Of a stretch of 64,000 nt of DNA, positions 18,781 through 32,521 are shown piece after piece. The notes beneath the pieces are model-generated. The model was given only the letters and a program-made list of their open reading frames with translations. It made no database searches and was not told where the DNA came from. The position numbers and the translations under genes are program-made. How positions within the stretch are numbered: the stretch's first letter is position 1; every line of letters starts with the position of its first letter. Origin of the DNA: Salpingoeca rosetta (Eukaryota > Protista > Choanoflagellata); contig JAWQFM010000005.1 of NCBI GenBank assembly GCA_033442325.1, forward strand, positions 1,372,542 to 1,436,541, read 5' to 3'.

Positions 18781-19035
18781 CGTCTCGCAAGTTTCCCCGT
18801 GCTTCCCACTTTCCCCCCAGCGCCTCGCTCACTCGCCCTCGTCACCATCCGTATTGCGCTTTCCTCACCTCGCACACCACCCGTCCTCCTGCAGCTTGTT
18901 GGCAACGACCGCCGCTTCCCAAGTTTGAATGCCATTGTCAACTACCACGAAACACACTCCGTCACCAGCGCACATGACAGGCTCAAGCGCCCCTGCCCAC
19001 GCCCAGACTCGGCAAACCTTGTCGAGCTGTCGTGA
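13723..19035 (+). CDS. Unconventional myosin with motor, IQ and C-terminal SH2 domain (class XXVIII-like)
   Basis: Exons 13723-13855, 14184-14305, 14544-15647, 15922-16130, 16398-16587, 16848-17053, 17320-17406, 17629-18169, 18430-18576, 18895-19035. Motifs: P-loop GESGAGKT, switch I NDNSSRFGK, switch II DIFGFE, PHFIRCVKPN, IQ LQSAVRGFFARR, SH2 WFHGVISRREAE...GTFLVRVAES...VKHF. Confidence 0.93.
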
Positions 19036-19746
19036 CATGACATGACACCTGCTAAGCTTTGCTTTTGTTTGTTTGTTTGTTTCGTTTCGTTTCGTTTCGT
19101 TTGTGTTTGCTCGTGTTCAGATGTTACAAGCGTGAACGCCACAGATGTGAAAAGCGAGTGAGCGGGCGTAGTTAAACACCGCTTGCGTCAATTTCATTCT
19201 TCCCTTCCCTTCACCTTCACCTCTTTCCTTTCCTTCGCCTATGCTGACTGACTGTTAATGATTCTGTTGCCAAAGCGCACGGTGCTCGGTTCTCGGCCGT
19301 GTGTGCTTTTGTTCTTTCATGGCCGCGTCCAGGCGTCCCTGCCAGCCACCACGCTGGACACACGCGCTCCACAATTGAAAAACACGCGAAAGCATGATTT
19401 GATGACACCGAACTGCACCATGCGGGCACGCACACAACACAATACAACACAACACAATACAACACAACACACACAATACAACACAAAACACACACACACA
19501 CAGAGACCAAGGTGCATTCACATATGAAGACAAATGTTTTCACTCACTCACTCACCCAATGCGTGTTTACCACTCTCAAAGAAGCAAGCGGGTTCGTTTA
19601 CGTTACAGGCACCACGATAAACTGATGATTAAGTCAAGCCAGAGACAGGGAGACATCCCGTGACAATAGGATGAAGGCACAACGGCATGATAACAAGTCC
19701 GGACAAGAAAGAGACGGGTCACATCAGGTGCGTTGCATCGCGGCAG

Positions 19747-21589
19747 TCAGTAGCGGCCGGTGGTGGTATGCGACCTGTGCCGCGCGTGGGGAACATCAAC
19801 ATCGTCGCTGGCGTGCACGACAGAATCAGCTGAAGAGTCAGCCCATCCCCCTCCACGTCCTCGTCCTCGGCGGTCCGGCTGTTGTTGTTGTTGACGGCGA
19901 CGGGTGCGCTGCGACGATGATGATGATGGTGGCGGTGCTGTGGGTGTGGCTGTTGCTGAGGGTGCAGGCTGTACGCGAAGAAATTGGGGGGGGGGGATGT
20001 GGTTGGTGGGGGTGAGGTGGAAAAGTAGGGGGAATGGAGGGGAGGGTGGAAGGAAAATGTCAAAGGGGAAGTATGAACCAATGCGACAGAGGCAGGGCAA
20101 TTCACAATGCCAAACCCTCAGCAGCCAGGAAGGGAGGGAGTGGCGACGAAGAAGCAAACACACAGACAACGTGTGCATGTTTGTACCTGGGTAAGAGAGG
20201 CCATGATGGACACGAAAGCTGAGTGCCCCTTGTGCATGGCTGTCGTGGACCACCGTCTCAAGCACTGCAGTACACCCTGGCGTGGCCGTCGTAACGCACG
20301 TGGTACACGTGTGAGCAACACAAGGAAGGACAGCGAATTGTGTGTGGTGTGGGCGCAACCCGGAAAGCACGCACACGCGCACGCACACACACACAGACAC
20401 ACACACACACACACGCACACACACGTACACACACGCACGCACACGCACACATGCACGTATACAGACACCTACCTACCTGTCTGAGTTCGTTGACGAGGGA
20501 GTCAATCTCTGGTTCACCGGCAACCAAGGTGGGGTGGATCACGCGCGTGTACGCACTGTCGGCCGCCTAATGTGGCACACAGACCCAGGGGGCGTTCAGC
20601 AGCAAGAGGGGAGAGGGCCGGGTGAGCGCTAGTTGAAGCAACACAAAGCAGTCGATCAGCAAAGCAAGCCGCCGCCAAGCACAGCCTGGGGGTATGCTCG
20701 TACCTCTTTGCTGAAGACGAGCGCCAACAAACACACTGTCTTTCCCACATAATAAAACGGCACCCTGCACAGAGGTGTGTGTGTGTGTGTGTGCGTGTGT
20801 GTTGTATGTTGTGTGCGTGTGGTGCACGTGAGCGCATGGAGAAATTCGCACAGGCGCACATGTCTGCGTGTGAAGTATGCGTGTTCACGCGCGTGATTTT
20901 GTTGCTGTTGTGCTCCGTGGTGTGATCAAGGGTCATGCCGTGAGATGGAAGATAAATGTGCAATGCCATGAGATGGAAGATAAATGTGCAACAGATACAC
21001 ACATGTGTCACAGATACACACGGCCCCTTACCAAGAAAGAAGGATGTCTGCGACTGCAAACACGGCAAAGGACACGGCGTAGCAAACCCAGTACTTCATC
21101 CATCGCATCTGTTGTCGTGCATTTCCCAGACACAAGCAGAAGCAGACAGGTGTGTGTGCGTGTGCGTGTGTGTGCGTGTGTGTGTGTGTGTGCGTGTGGG
21201 TGTCATCAGAAGCACAGATGGTCAGGAGCGTTCCATAACCACATGCACATAAACAAACGACATGGTGCACGCAGCGCGTTTTCAACATGTCGCTCACTCC
21301 TCAACGGCCCATGCACAGCGCGTACGTATTCATCGTTGTTGCGGGTTTGGATGGCTTTGAAGGAAGCATCTATGGAGGAGGAGCAAGCAGCATTGGGCCG
21401 TTGCGTCAACATCCCGGTCGTCAACAAGCCAATGTGAGTCATCACCATCAACGCCATGTCAGACATCATCAACACCACACATCGGGTGGATCAGATCAAC
21501 ATAACATAATGTAACGTGCAAACGCTTTCTTCAGGCCACCCACCTCAAGTATGAGCACACACACACACACATACACACACACATACACA

Positions 21590-21634
<45 letters not shown>

Positions 21635-21741
21635 ACACACGCATGCATACATACACGCGCGCACAGGCAGGGGTGGAACGTACATGCAGGCCACAGCACC
21701 GCGACAACCTCAGCCGCGGAACCCAAGAACCACCCAGTCAT
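19747..21741 (-). CDS. REEP: REEP1-4-like ER membrane-shaping protein (TB2/DP1/HVA22 family)
   Basis: Phase-consistent exons 21741-21684, 21369-21326, 21108-21032, 20764-20704, 20566-20477, 20276-20187, 19968-19747. Translation: MTGWFLGSAAEVVAVLWPAYASFKAIQTRNNDEYMRWMKYWVCYA...WVPFYY...YTRVIHPTLVAGEPEIDSLV. Confidence 0.9.
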
Positions 21742-21992
21742 CACGACTTGTTGCTCGTTGGTTGGTGTTGGTGGAATTTGTAGGCACTACACTATATGCT
21801 GTTGTACAAGAAATGATGACTCATCACATCGGTCGGCCCAAACAACAAAAGGCGCCCAAACTGCTGCTCGCGTCATCTGTTGCGTCAAACGCAAGTCTTT
21901 CGCATCATCACACGCACACGACTTTGTGCTCCTATTCCCAGCCACACACACGGGCGCACGCATTCACACGCCCCCTCGCCTCCCTCGCAAAG

Positions 21993-24395
21993 ATGCGCGC
22001 AAGCAAAGCGACGCAGCTGCGGCTGTTGCTGTGGAAGAACTGGCTGTTGCTGGTGAGCGTGAGCGTGTGTTTGATCGTAGCGGTGTGTGTGTGTGTGCTT
22101 GTGCTTGTGTGCTTATGTGCTGTGTGTGCTCTGTGTGTGTGTGTGCTTGTGTGTGTGCGCGTGCTTGTGTGCTGTGTGCTGTGTGTGTGTGTGTGTGCGC
22201 GTGTGCGTGTGTGTGTGTGTGTGTGTGTTGTGTGCTGTGTGTGACAGTCCCGCTCCCCGTCCCTCACAGCACCTCCTCCTCCTCCTCCTGTTCCCCTGGG
22301 CGTACTGTCACTTTTCAGAAACGCCGCCCTCTTGGCACCTGTGCGGAAATCTTCGTGCCTGTGCTGCTCTTCTTGCTGTTGTGGAGCCTCCGCTCCATCA
22401 TCGACACCGAAAAGTTCTCAGACAGTAAGTACAATCCCATGCGTGTGATGTGTGCTGGGTGTGTGTGTGTGTGTGCGTGCGTGCGTGTGTGTGTGTGTGT
22501 GTATGAGAAGGGTTCAGGCACGCGCACACACAGACACACACACACACACACACACGCACACACATTCTCTCTCTTTTTACAATGCACACCCATGCACACA
22601 TCCCTGCATACGCGCTCACTGCTGCATTTATGCACACTTTTCCTTGTTGCTGCAGCCACGTTTTGTTCCCGGGCCGTGTCTGGACTGGACTACCCGCGGT
22701 TTTACCACAACGAGCAGTTTGGCGAATTCTCGCAGCTCTTTGACGACTTCAACTGCGAGCCAGATCGGCCCGTCCTCTTCACCGTGTTTGGGACGCCCAA
22801 CAGCTTCCCCATCAAGTTTGAGGATGACTCCGACACCATTTACCCCGTCATCGCATACGCACCAAATGATGTTCCTCAAGGTACACCGTCGTCGCTGTGT
22901 GCAACGTGTGTGTGTGTGTGTGTGCAACATGTGTGCAACATGTGTGTGTGTGTGTGTGTGCGGATGAAAGCTTGTGAGTGGGAAATAATTTCATGCCCGT
23001 TGCAGCGGCACGCACACTTTGCATGTGGAAACGACACCAGGCTGATCCCAAATGCACGCATACATGCATTCAGACATACATCAACTCATGTCGCCCCTCC
23101 CCCTTTTCCACACATACACACATACACACACATACACACATGCACACATTCGCACGTTCAGTGAACGAGGTGATGGAGCGGTTCCAGCAGCTGCTGACGA
23201 CGTTCTTCGCGTTTGACTTTGTCAACGGGCCGCACAACATGACGGGATATGCAACAGAGGAAGACCTGCTCACCGGCTACGACCAAAGCAGCGGCAACAG
23301 CTTTGGCCTTGGTACGCTGTAGCACTGCGTCGTACATCTAGCATCTGGCGCTCGTGTCTGTTGCGCAATGGCTGCAGCAACCACCGTCGCCTCCTCGCTG
23401 GCCAGTGTCACCAGCATCACGTCATTGTTTGTGTCTGCTTGTGGTGTCGTGTAGCCACGTTCATTGTACCTTTCACGTCACCTCCTCGTTCCTAACACAC
23501 GACCTCTCGTGCACACCTTCATGCCTTGTGTCCATGTGCTGTCACACTGCACGCATCACGTCACGCCGTCCTGAACAGCCGTCATCTTCCACGAGGATGA
23601 CGGCAGCGGCGGGCGAGGTCCACTGGGGTTCACGCCAGACCACGTGCATTACGTCATGCGCATGCCAGAGGGCCTGCCCTCAAACAGCTTTGAGGGTTGG
23701 GCTACGGAGCGCTCCTATCCAGAATTTGAAGCCCTGGTCAGTCCACGCAGGAGCTGGATGCGTGCATGGATGGATGGATGGATGGATGGATGGATGGATG
23801 GATGGATGGATGGTGTTTGGTGATGTGTGGACGTGTGTTCTTGTTTTTTTGTGTGTGTGTATGTTACATCACGTTACCTCTGACCGATGGTCTTTTGCCT
23901 TCGACGCAATTCTGCGCTGCATAATGTTGCCTGCACTTCTATTTTCACACACACACACACACACCATTTCCAACGACCGCCCCTCCCTACCCCCATTCAT
24001 CACAGGGCCCCGATGTGCGGTCGACGTACTTTGACGAGAGCCACTTCCTGTCACTGCAGAGCACTCTCGACACCGCCATCATCGCAGCCATCAACGGCTC
24101 CATTCCCCCCGTCGTTCCGGTGTGTGTGTGTATGTGTGCGTGTGTGTGATTCGAAATGCGTGACGAATGTACCAATCGTCGCTTATTCCCTCTCCGCCTC
24201 CCACGCCTCTCGTGCCACTCAAATCCCTCATGTCACCATCACCATCGTCACTGTTCCAGCGGCTGTCTCCGCTGCCGTGGCCGGCGTACTCGTCCGACGG
24301 CTTTATCTACGCCCTCCGCGACACGCTGCCGTTTGTCCTCGTCATCTCCTTCCTCTTCACCGTCACATCGTACGTGTCGCGCCTTTGTGTGTGTT

Positions 24396-24462
<67 letters not shown>

Positions 24463-25671
24463 ACGTGCTGGTAACGTTTGCCCAAGAGCACAGGGGCCGT
24501 CCAAATAGCACACACACACACACGTTTTCTACGCTCTCTCAACGTTCGCTCGCCTTTGACATGGCTTCCTCCTCATTGATTTTTGGTCTGCCTGCAGACT
24601 CGTGCGCCAGATTGTGCAGGAGAAGGAAAAGCGGTTGAAAGAAGCAATGACGATGATGGGCCTTGATCCAAAGGTCAGCGAGTGCATGTGTGTGTGTGTG
24701 TGACGGTGCAATTTGTGGCAAGTCGGTGACTTGTTGCTTCTTCGCCCTGTCTTTACCTGCTTCGCTTGCATTCATTTGCACGCTCGTACGTTCCTCCCAC
24801 AACACCTCTACGACTCACACCATGTTACACCTACACACACACATACACATACACACATGCACACACACATACACATGCACGACTGCATGACAGATCCATT
24901 GGGTTGCGTGGTTCATCCGCGCCATTGTTCTTCTCTTTATCAGCATCGTCCTCATGATCCTCATCTTCGAGGTGCGTCGCACGCGTGGTGTGGCGTGGCG
25001 TATGTACACGTACATCGACTTTGCTCGCTTGCGTGTGTGTGCACGTCTTTGGGTGGTTGGAATGTGTGCGTGTTGTGCACATGCGTGTCGTATTGTGCAT
25101 TGACCTTGCAAGCGCGTCTCTGCCTTTTGCCTTTGTATTCCACCGTGCATGCTCGCTCACGTGGATGCTCGTGTCTGTTACATCCGCTGCACCCAAACGG
25201 TTCCACACGATGGTGTCTTGTAGGCTGGAAAGTTTACGCAGTATTCAGAGACGGGTGTTGTGTTCATTTTCCTTCTCCTCTTCTCCCTCTCCACCATTTG
25301 TTTCTGCTTCCTCGTCAGGTACGCACCACACTTGCGCAACAGTGTGTCCGTGTTTGTTCACTGCACCCCGAGCTGAACCGCACCGAGGTCGTGTGTGTTC
25401 AAAAGCAACCTCTCACCCTTCACCTCAACACCAACTCCTCCTACACTTATTTCTACAGCACGTTCTTCTCGAAAGCGAGCACGGGTGCGGCTGCGGCAGG
25501 GCTGCTGTTCTTCATCGCCTTCACCCCAAATTATTACATCGGCCCACGCTTTGAGTCCGTCTCCGCCAGCGACAAGACCGGGTTCTGTCTCCTCTCCCCA
25601 ACATGTGTTGGTATCGGCACATACATCCTCAGCGTCTTCGAGTCCAGCGGTGCGTGCGTGAGCGTGTGTAT

Positions 25672-25713
<42 letters not shown>

Positions 25714-26237
25714 TGTGTGTGGTGTGTGTGTGTGTGTGTGTGTGCATACACCCCCGCCCCACACGTATTGCATTTGATATTTATCAACCTACACAGTCCT
25801 CACACACTTAACAACTCGCATACAACGCCTATATTCAAACCCGCCCCCCCCCCAACCACCACCACCACCACCACTCACCACGATCACCACTACCACGACG
25901 ACGTTGGGCAGGCGAGGGCCTTTCGTTTGCGAATCTCGACAGCGGATCGACGGAGAAGGACAGCTTCTCCATGGCGGACGTGTTTGGTATGCTGATCGCC
26001 GACAGCGTCATCTACCTCGTGCTCGCTTGGTACGTCACCAACGTGCTGCCGGGCACATACGGCATCCCCCGCCCATTCTACTTCTTTCTCCAGCCCTCAT
26101 ATTGGCGCGGTGTCCACAAGGGCCCCGTGTACTCCAACAAGAACGCAAGTCAGTTCCACGATACTGTTGTTGCTTTTGTTTCGTTGTTTGGTGTTTTCGT
26201 TGTTGTTGCTCTTGTCGCTCCTCTTGCTGACTTTCTA

Positions 26238-26320
<83 letters not shown>

Positions 26321-28181
26321 CGGGACATGTATCATACGCCTTTTACTGTGTTTCTGTGTTGTTTGCCCCCACTGTGTCCTCTAACGCCACGCCTCAACTG
26401 CAAACTGACGTGTTGTTCCTGGCACCAGACGATGATCCCAATCTCTTTGAGCCGCTGCCCCAGGTAACCACACGTCTCCACAACACAACACAGCAGTTCA
26501 CATCACCACACATCACCACACATCACATCACCACTCATCACATCACAGCAGTTCACATCCCACCATGTTGTTTCCCGCCACGCTTCCGTGTGGCAGCAAC
26601 AACCATCACAACTGTGTGTCGCAGGCGTATTGCTTCACACGCATGCAGTGGCAACTCACCCTTGTCAACTGCCCACCAGCCACGTCACAACAACACGTTC
26701 ACCTGTCCACACAACTAGCACGATCCTCACCACCAACCACCAATCGCCATCATGCCATCTGTTGCCATTGTCGCTGTTGCTCACTACAGGGCACACCGAT
26801 TGGGGTGCATGTTGAGAACCTGTGCAAAGTGTTCAAGGCGGAGACGGGCGGGAAGAAGGTAGCCCTGGACGGGTTCACATTTGATTGCGCCGAGAACCAG
26901 ATTACAGCGCTCCTGGGCCACAACGGTGCGTAGTTTGTGACAACAAGGATCACTGTATTGTTGACCACAGCGTCGGGCAACTGTTTTGCTGCTTGGTTGT
27001 GTGTGTGTGTGTACATGTGTGCGCGTGTGTCGTCTAACAATCACATCCAATTACCAGCCCATCCACCCTTTCATCCTTTCATCTACACATCCATTCACAA
27101 TCCCCCATTCAACACGCTTGCTGAATTTATTTGCATACACACACGCATACACACCTCAGGCGCGGGCAAGACGACGGCCATGTCGATTCTCGTCGGGCTG
27201 TTTCCGCCAACATCCGGCACCGCCGTTGTCAACGGACACGACATCACCACAGATATGGCCGGGGTACGTGCTGTCGGCTGCATCTCTGTTGTGGTTTCTC
27301 ACGTTCAATGAATCAAGGAGCACGTGCACTTTCCTACTCACGCATACGACACACGCACACACACACACACACACACACTCACTCACGCACTCACTCACTC
27401 ACACACACACGCACACGCACATCGTTACCTTCATGTGCGCGTGTTCGTGGTGTGGCCACGGTTCCCTTTTTCCAGGTCCGCTCGTCGCTCGGGCTGTGTC
27501 CGCAGTTTGATGTTCTGTTTGACGCGCTGACCTTTGCAGAGCACATTGTGTTCTTCAGCCGCCTCAAGGGCCTCACAGGTGCGTATTCACATGCAACCCC
27601 CACATACACACGTGTTTGGTGCGTGAGTGTGTACGAGAATTTGTGTGTGTATGTGTACAAGAATTTGTGTGTTGTGTGTGTGTGTGTGTGCTCTGCAGAG
27701 TGCACACGTGCACGCGTTGCCATCAGCACATCACGCCACCTTACGAAATTGCATGTCTGCCGTTCAATCTCTTCATTGTGCAGTGGAAGAGGCAAAGCAG
27801 GAGGTGCTGAAGTATGCCAAGGACTTGGATTTGGAGGTCCGTGGTGCCATCAGTCAGTGCAGCTGTGATGAACATGCGACAGAGGCATTCTCGTACCTGC
27901 TGGCACTGTTGATGCTCCTTTTCACTCGCATGCTTTACGCAATTGACATTTTCGCCACCTCACCCAAACCGCACCCACACATACACGCACACGCACCGCC
28001 TTGCAACATGCTGTTGTACCTTCTCATGCGCAACACTGCATATGTCGACGACAGGAGAAGACGAATGACCGGGTGGACACGCTCTCTGGCGGGCAGCGAC
28101 GCGCTGTCTCCGTCAGCATTGCGCTGTGTGGCGATTCAAAGGGTGCGCACATGACAGTCTTGCAAGGCGACACGCATTGGC

Positions 28182-28214
<33 letters not shown>

Positions 28215-30279
28215 GTGTGTGTGTGTGTATGCGTGGATATGTGTGTACACGTGTATGCGTGTGTGTATACGTACGTATGTGTGGACGTGTTTGCGTCGAC
28301 ACCTTGCGACCGCTTAACCTAACGAATCCTCAACCCCTACCCCCTGACCCCAACCCAACCGCTCCACTTCTACACCTGTTTCCTTCCTTCCCCCCCCCCC
28401 CCCCACCGGCCACCATTCGAACAGTCGTGCTCCTGGATGAACCAAGCAGTGGCATGGATCCGTACAAGAGACGACACACGTGGGATCTGCTGCTCAAGCA
28501 CAAGCAAGGCCGCACCATTCTGCTCACGACGCATTTCATGGAGGAAGCAGACCTCCTTGGCGATCGCATCGCCATCATGGCTGCGGGCAAGCTGCGAACC
28601 ATGGGGTCCTCGTTCTTCCTCAAGAGCAAGTTCGGTGTCGGCTACCACATGAACGTCACCAAGACGCCTGTGTGCGACGTTGGCGCCATTGCCTCCACCA
28701 TCGCCGAGCACGTGGAGGACTCTGAGCTGGTGTCCAACGTGGGCACGGAGCTCACGTTCATCCTGCCGCATTCCCAAGTCGACAAGTTCCCAGCCATGTT
28801 TGACACGCTTGACGCGCAGAAGGAGAAGCTTGGCTTTGAGGCGTACAACGTCTCTGTGACCACCATGGAGGAGGTGTTTCTGAAGGTGGGCGAGGGCAAC
28901 GAAAAGGCACTTGTACTCAGCAACGACGCATCACACGACCACGACAACCACGCACACAGTGATGGTGTTGAGCAGAAGGTGCTTGTGGATGCAGAGCACA
29001 AGCACAGCGCGAAGGTGGTTGATGCCGGAACCCCGCTTGTCGGTGCACAGCTGCTGTGGTCGCAGATGCGCGCCATGCTTACCAAGCGCGCGCTCTACTC
29101 TTCTCGCAACAAGTGGGCCATCATCACGCAGGTGCGTGCTGGCATGTGTGTGCGTGTGTTCACGCATATGTGTGTGTGTGTGTGCGGCGACAAGTTTTAT
29201 ATCACGCGGGCTATAGAGCCACCATGTATGCTCACAATTGCGCACATGTACACACATACATGCACACTCACAACCACACACACTCACAACCACACGCACA
29301 CAACCACACACGCACACGCGTATGCATAAGCAGCTTGTGATTCCGCTGTTCTTTGCCGTCGCAGCTCTGGCGATTGCGCGGCTTGGCGAAACGACAAACG
29401 ACACGCCCTTGCTCGCCCTGGACATGACGACATATCCAAACCCGGTCACCGTTTTTGCATCCCCGAACGATCTCGCAGGCGACTACCGCTCATGTGCGTT
29501 GGCTGTGTGTGTGTGTGTGTGTGTCTGTCTGTCTGTGTGCCTGTGTCTGTGTGTGTGTGTGTCTGTGTGTCTGTGTGTGTATTGTGTCAGTGTTTGTGTA
29601 TTGTGCGAGTTTAACATGATGTGTGTCATGCTTTGCTCGCATTCCTCGCTCGTTTCACCATCAGCACCACCACCACCACCATCACAACCACCATGCTTTT
29701 ATCACCGCCACTGTGCCTGTGAGCAGTCTTGGATCGTGCGCCAGCGCGGCGCGTGGCGGACATGGGCGTCCGCACGTCTCCGCTGCAGGCATCGCTCTTC
29801 TCGCATCTCACCGACCACATCAGTAGCCTGAGCGGTGTCGTTGGCGACGTCGCCTCTGCCCCAATTAACACGTCAGGCACGCTATTGGGCCGACAAGACC
29901 TGCAGGACTACGAGCAGTCCAACTTTTTCGAGTCACATGTGGCGGCGTTCACCATGGAGCCTGGCGCGTTCTATGTCACCTACAACAGCAGCAGCAACCA
30001 GTGTGGGCTGCTGCACCCAGACCTCAGTGTCGACGCCGGCCCGCTCTCGCTCGCCTTTAATGAGACCTACACCATCACCGTGCTTGATCCGGCGTTTAGC
30101 CAGATTTTCTTTTCCAACGGCAGCACGGGCGCAACGCAGTTTCGCCCAAGTGACTACAAGCAGTTGTTTGTCACGGCACAGTCACTGCCGCTGATGGCCA
30201 TCACGCTCGATGTCACCCAGCAGCTCATCGACACGCTCGCAAACGAGGTCGTGGTTGTGTATGTATGCGTGCGTGCGTG

Positions 30280-30315
<36 letters not shown>

Positions 30316-32436
30316 GCACGTGTATGTGTACGAATGTGTACGAATGTGCACATGTGTTGCGTGTGTATGTGTGTGCTTATGTGTGTTCTTTGGGTTAACG
30401 CTGGCCCGGTCGACAGCTGCCTAAATGCATTCGGTCATGCCTGCTGCTTTTTAACTTTTTCACCCAAACTGCTCCCTCACCCATCATCGCACATGCATAC
30501 ACACACATTCACACGTGCGGTGCCCCCTTATGTAGAACAACACGCTGTATCTGTTCTGCGGCAACACGACAATGGCCCCATTGCCACTGCCAATCAGCTT
30601 GGCAGCAGCACAGGCCACAATCCCCGATTTCGTCAATGCCTATCTTGGCTTCTCGCCCCGCGCTCTCCACAGCCCTCCACGTACGCTGAAGTACAACCCT
30701 ACACGTGATCATTGATGACATCTCGGTTGCCATCAGCTCATGTTCGCAGCACACGCACATTCACTCGCTCACCCACCGTCCCGCACTCACACACTCACCC
30801 TCCCTCACAAACACAAACACACAAACACACACATACACACGCAACACATGCACACACGCTCAACCCCACACGGTTCTTCCCGCCCCGCCCCCCCCCCCCA
30901 CACACACACGCGCGCGCACTCAAACAACAGAATCGCTGAATGTGCTGGGGAATGCGATGGCGCGGGAGTATTTGGGCCCGTCAGCGTCCATCCACGCATA
31001 CAATCACCCGCTGCCTGCGTCTGCAACAGAGGCTGTGGACTCGATTCTCTCTGATCCCATTGGCGTGAACCTGGCCGTGTTCCTCATCTTTGCCTCGGGC
31101 TTCCTCATGGCCAGCTACGTGCTGTTTGTGCTGCTGGAACGCGTCAACAAGGCGAAGCATGTACAGTTTGTGAGCGGCACCAACGCCTACGTGTTCTGGA
31201 CAGCAAGCTTTCTCTGGGAGTGGTTCACCATGCTCGTGCCCGCTGTTGGGCTGGTCATCATCATCGCCGCCTTCAACATTGACGCGTACAACTCGCACCT
31301 GGGCCTCATCTTCTTCCTCTTTATGATGTTCACCTTTGCGTCCATCCCCTTTGCCTACTGCCTGTCCTTCCTCTTCTCCTCGCCCTCGAGCGCATACGCC
31401 GCCGTGTCGATCGCCTTTGTCTTTGTGGGCATTGGCGGCCTCATTGGCGTGTTTGTCGCCACCATCCTCGACGAGAACCAGGTTGCATACGACCTGCGCC
31501 ACGTGTTCCTGCTCATCCCCAACTACGCATTTGGCCAGTCCCTCTACGACATCTGGCTCAACTCCAAGTTTGGCGAGCTCTACACCCGCTTTGCGGACGT
31601 GTGCGAGCAATTCAATGACGTGGATGCTGTGCGACAGCTCTGCAACTCGCACAAGTCCAACTACCTCGCATGGGACAACCCCGGTGTTGGGCAGCCGCTG
31701 CTGTACATGTTCCTGTCGGGCGCGTTTTGGTTCACGCTGCTGCTGCTCATTGACCTCGGTGTCATCCACCGCCCGTCCGTTCCTGCCGCCAAATTTGAAA
31801 ACCGCGACGAGGACGAGGACGTGCTTGCTGAGCGGCGGCGTGTGGAGGCCGGTGGCGCCGACAACGACGTCGTTGCCGTGCGCGACCTGAGCAAGGCCTT
31901 CAAGAAGAAGGGGAACCGCAGTTTCATCGCTGTAGACTCCATCACGCTTGGCGTTCCCAAGGGCCAGTGCTTTGGCCTGCTTGGCGTGTAAGTACAATTG
32001 AATTGCTGTGACGGTGATGGGACAGGGGCGTGTGTGTGTGATTTGTTTGTGTAAGGGGAGGAGTGTTGGTATCGTCCCTGCTGTTTTATGCTGGTGTGAG
32101 CCGAGGGTTGTGTGTGTGTGTGCTTGTGGGATTGTATGCAGCTGTACATTGTCAGATGTTGCGCCGCCTTGTTGCTTTGTTCGCGTCTCATCCACGTCCA
32201 ATCCCCATCACCGTCACCGTTCTCATCACCATCAACACCACGCTCTTTCCCCTCCTCTCTTGTGCAACTGATAGCAATGGCGCTGGCAAGACGACCATGT
32301 TCCGAATGCTGACAGGAGAGATCCGCCCCAGCAGCGGCGTTGCTCGCATCGCGGGCTTCGACTTGGCCTCAAACATGACCAAGGCCCGGCAGCACCTCGG
32401 CTACTGCCCCCAGTTTGACGGGCTCATCGGGCTTTT

Positions 32437-32521
<85 letters not shown>

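Noticed and set aside
26140-26155. Second possible GC donor (aac|gcaagt) in the ABCA gene
   Set aside because: The canonical GT four bases downstream (gca a|gtcagt) gives the phase needed by the next exon.
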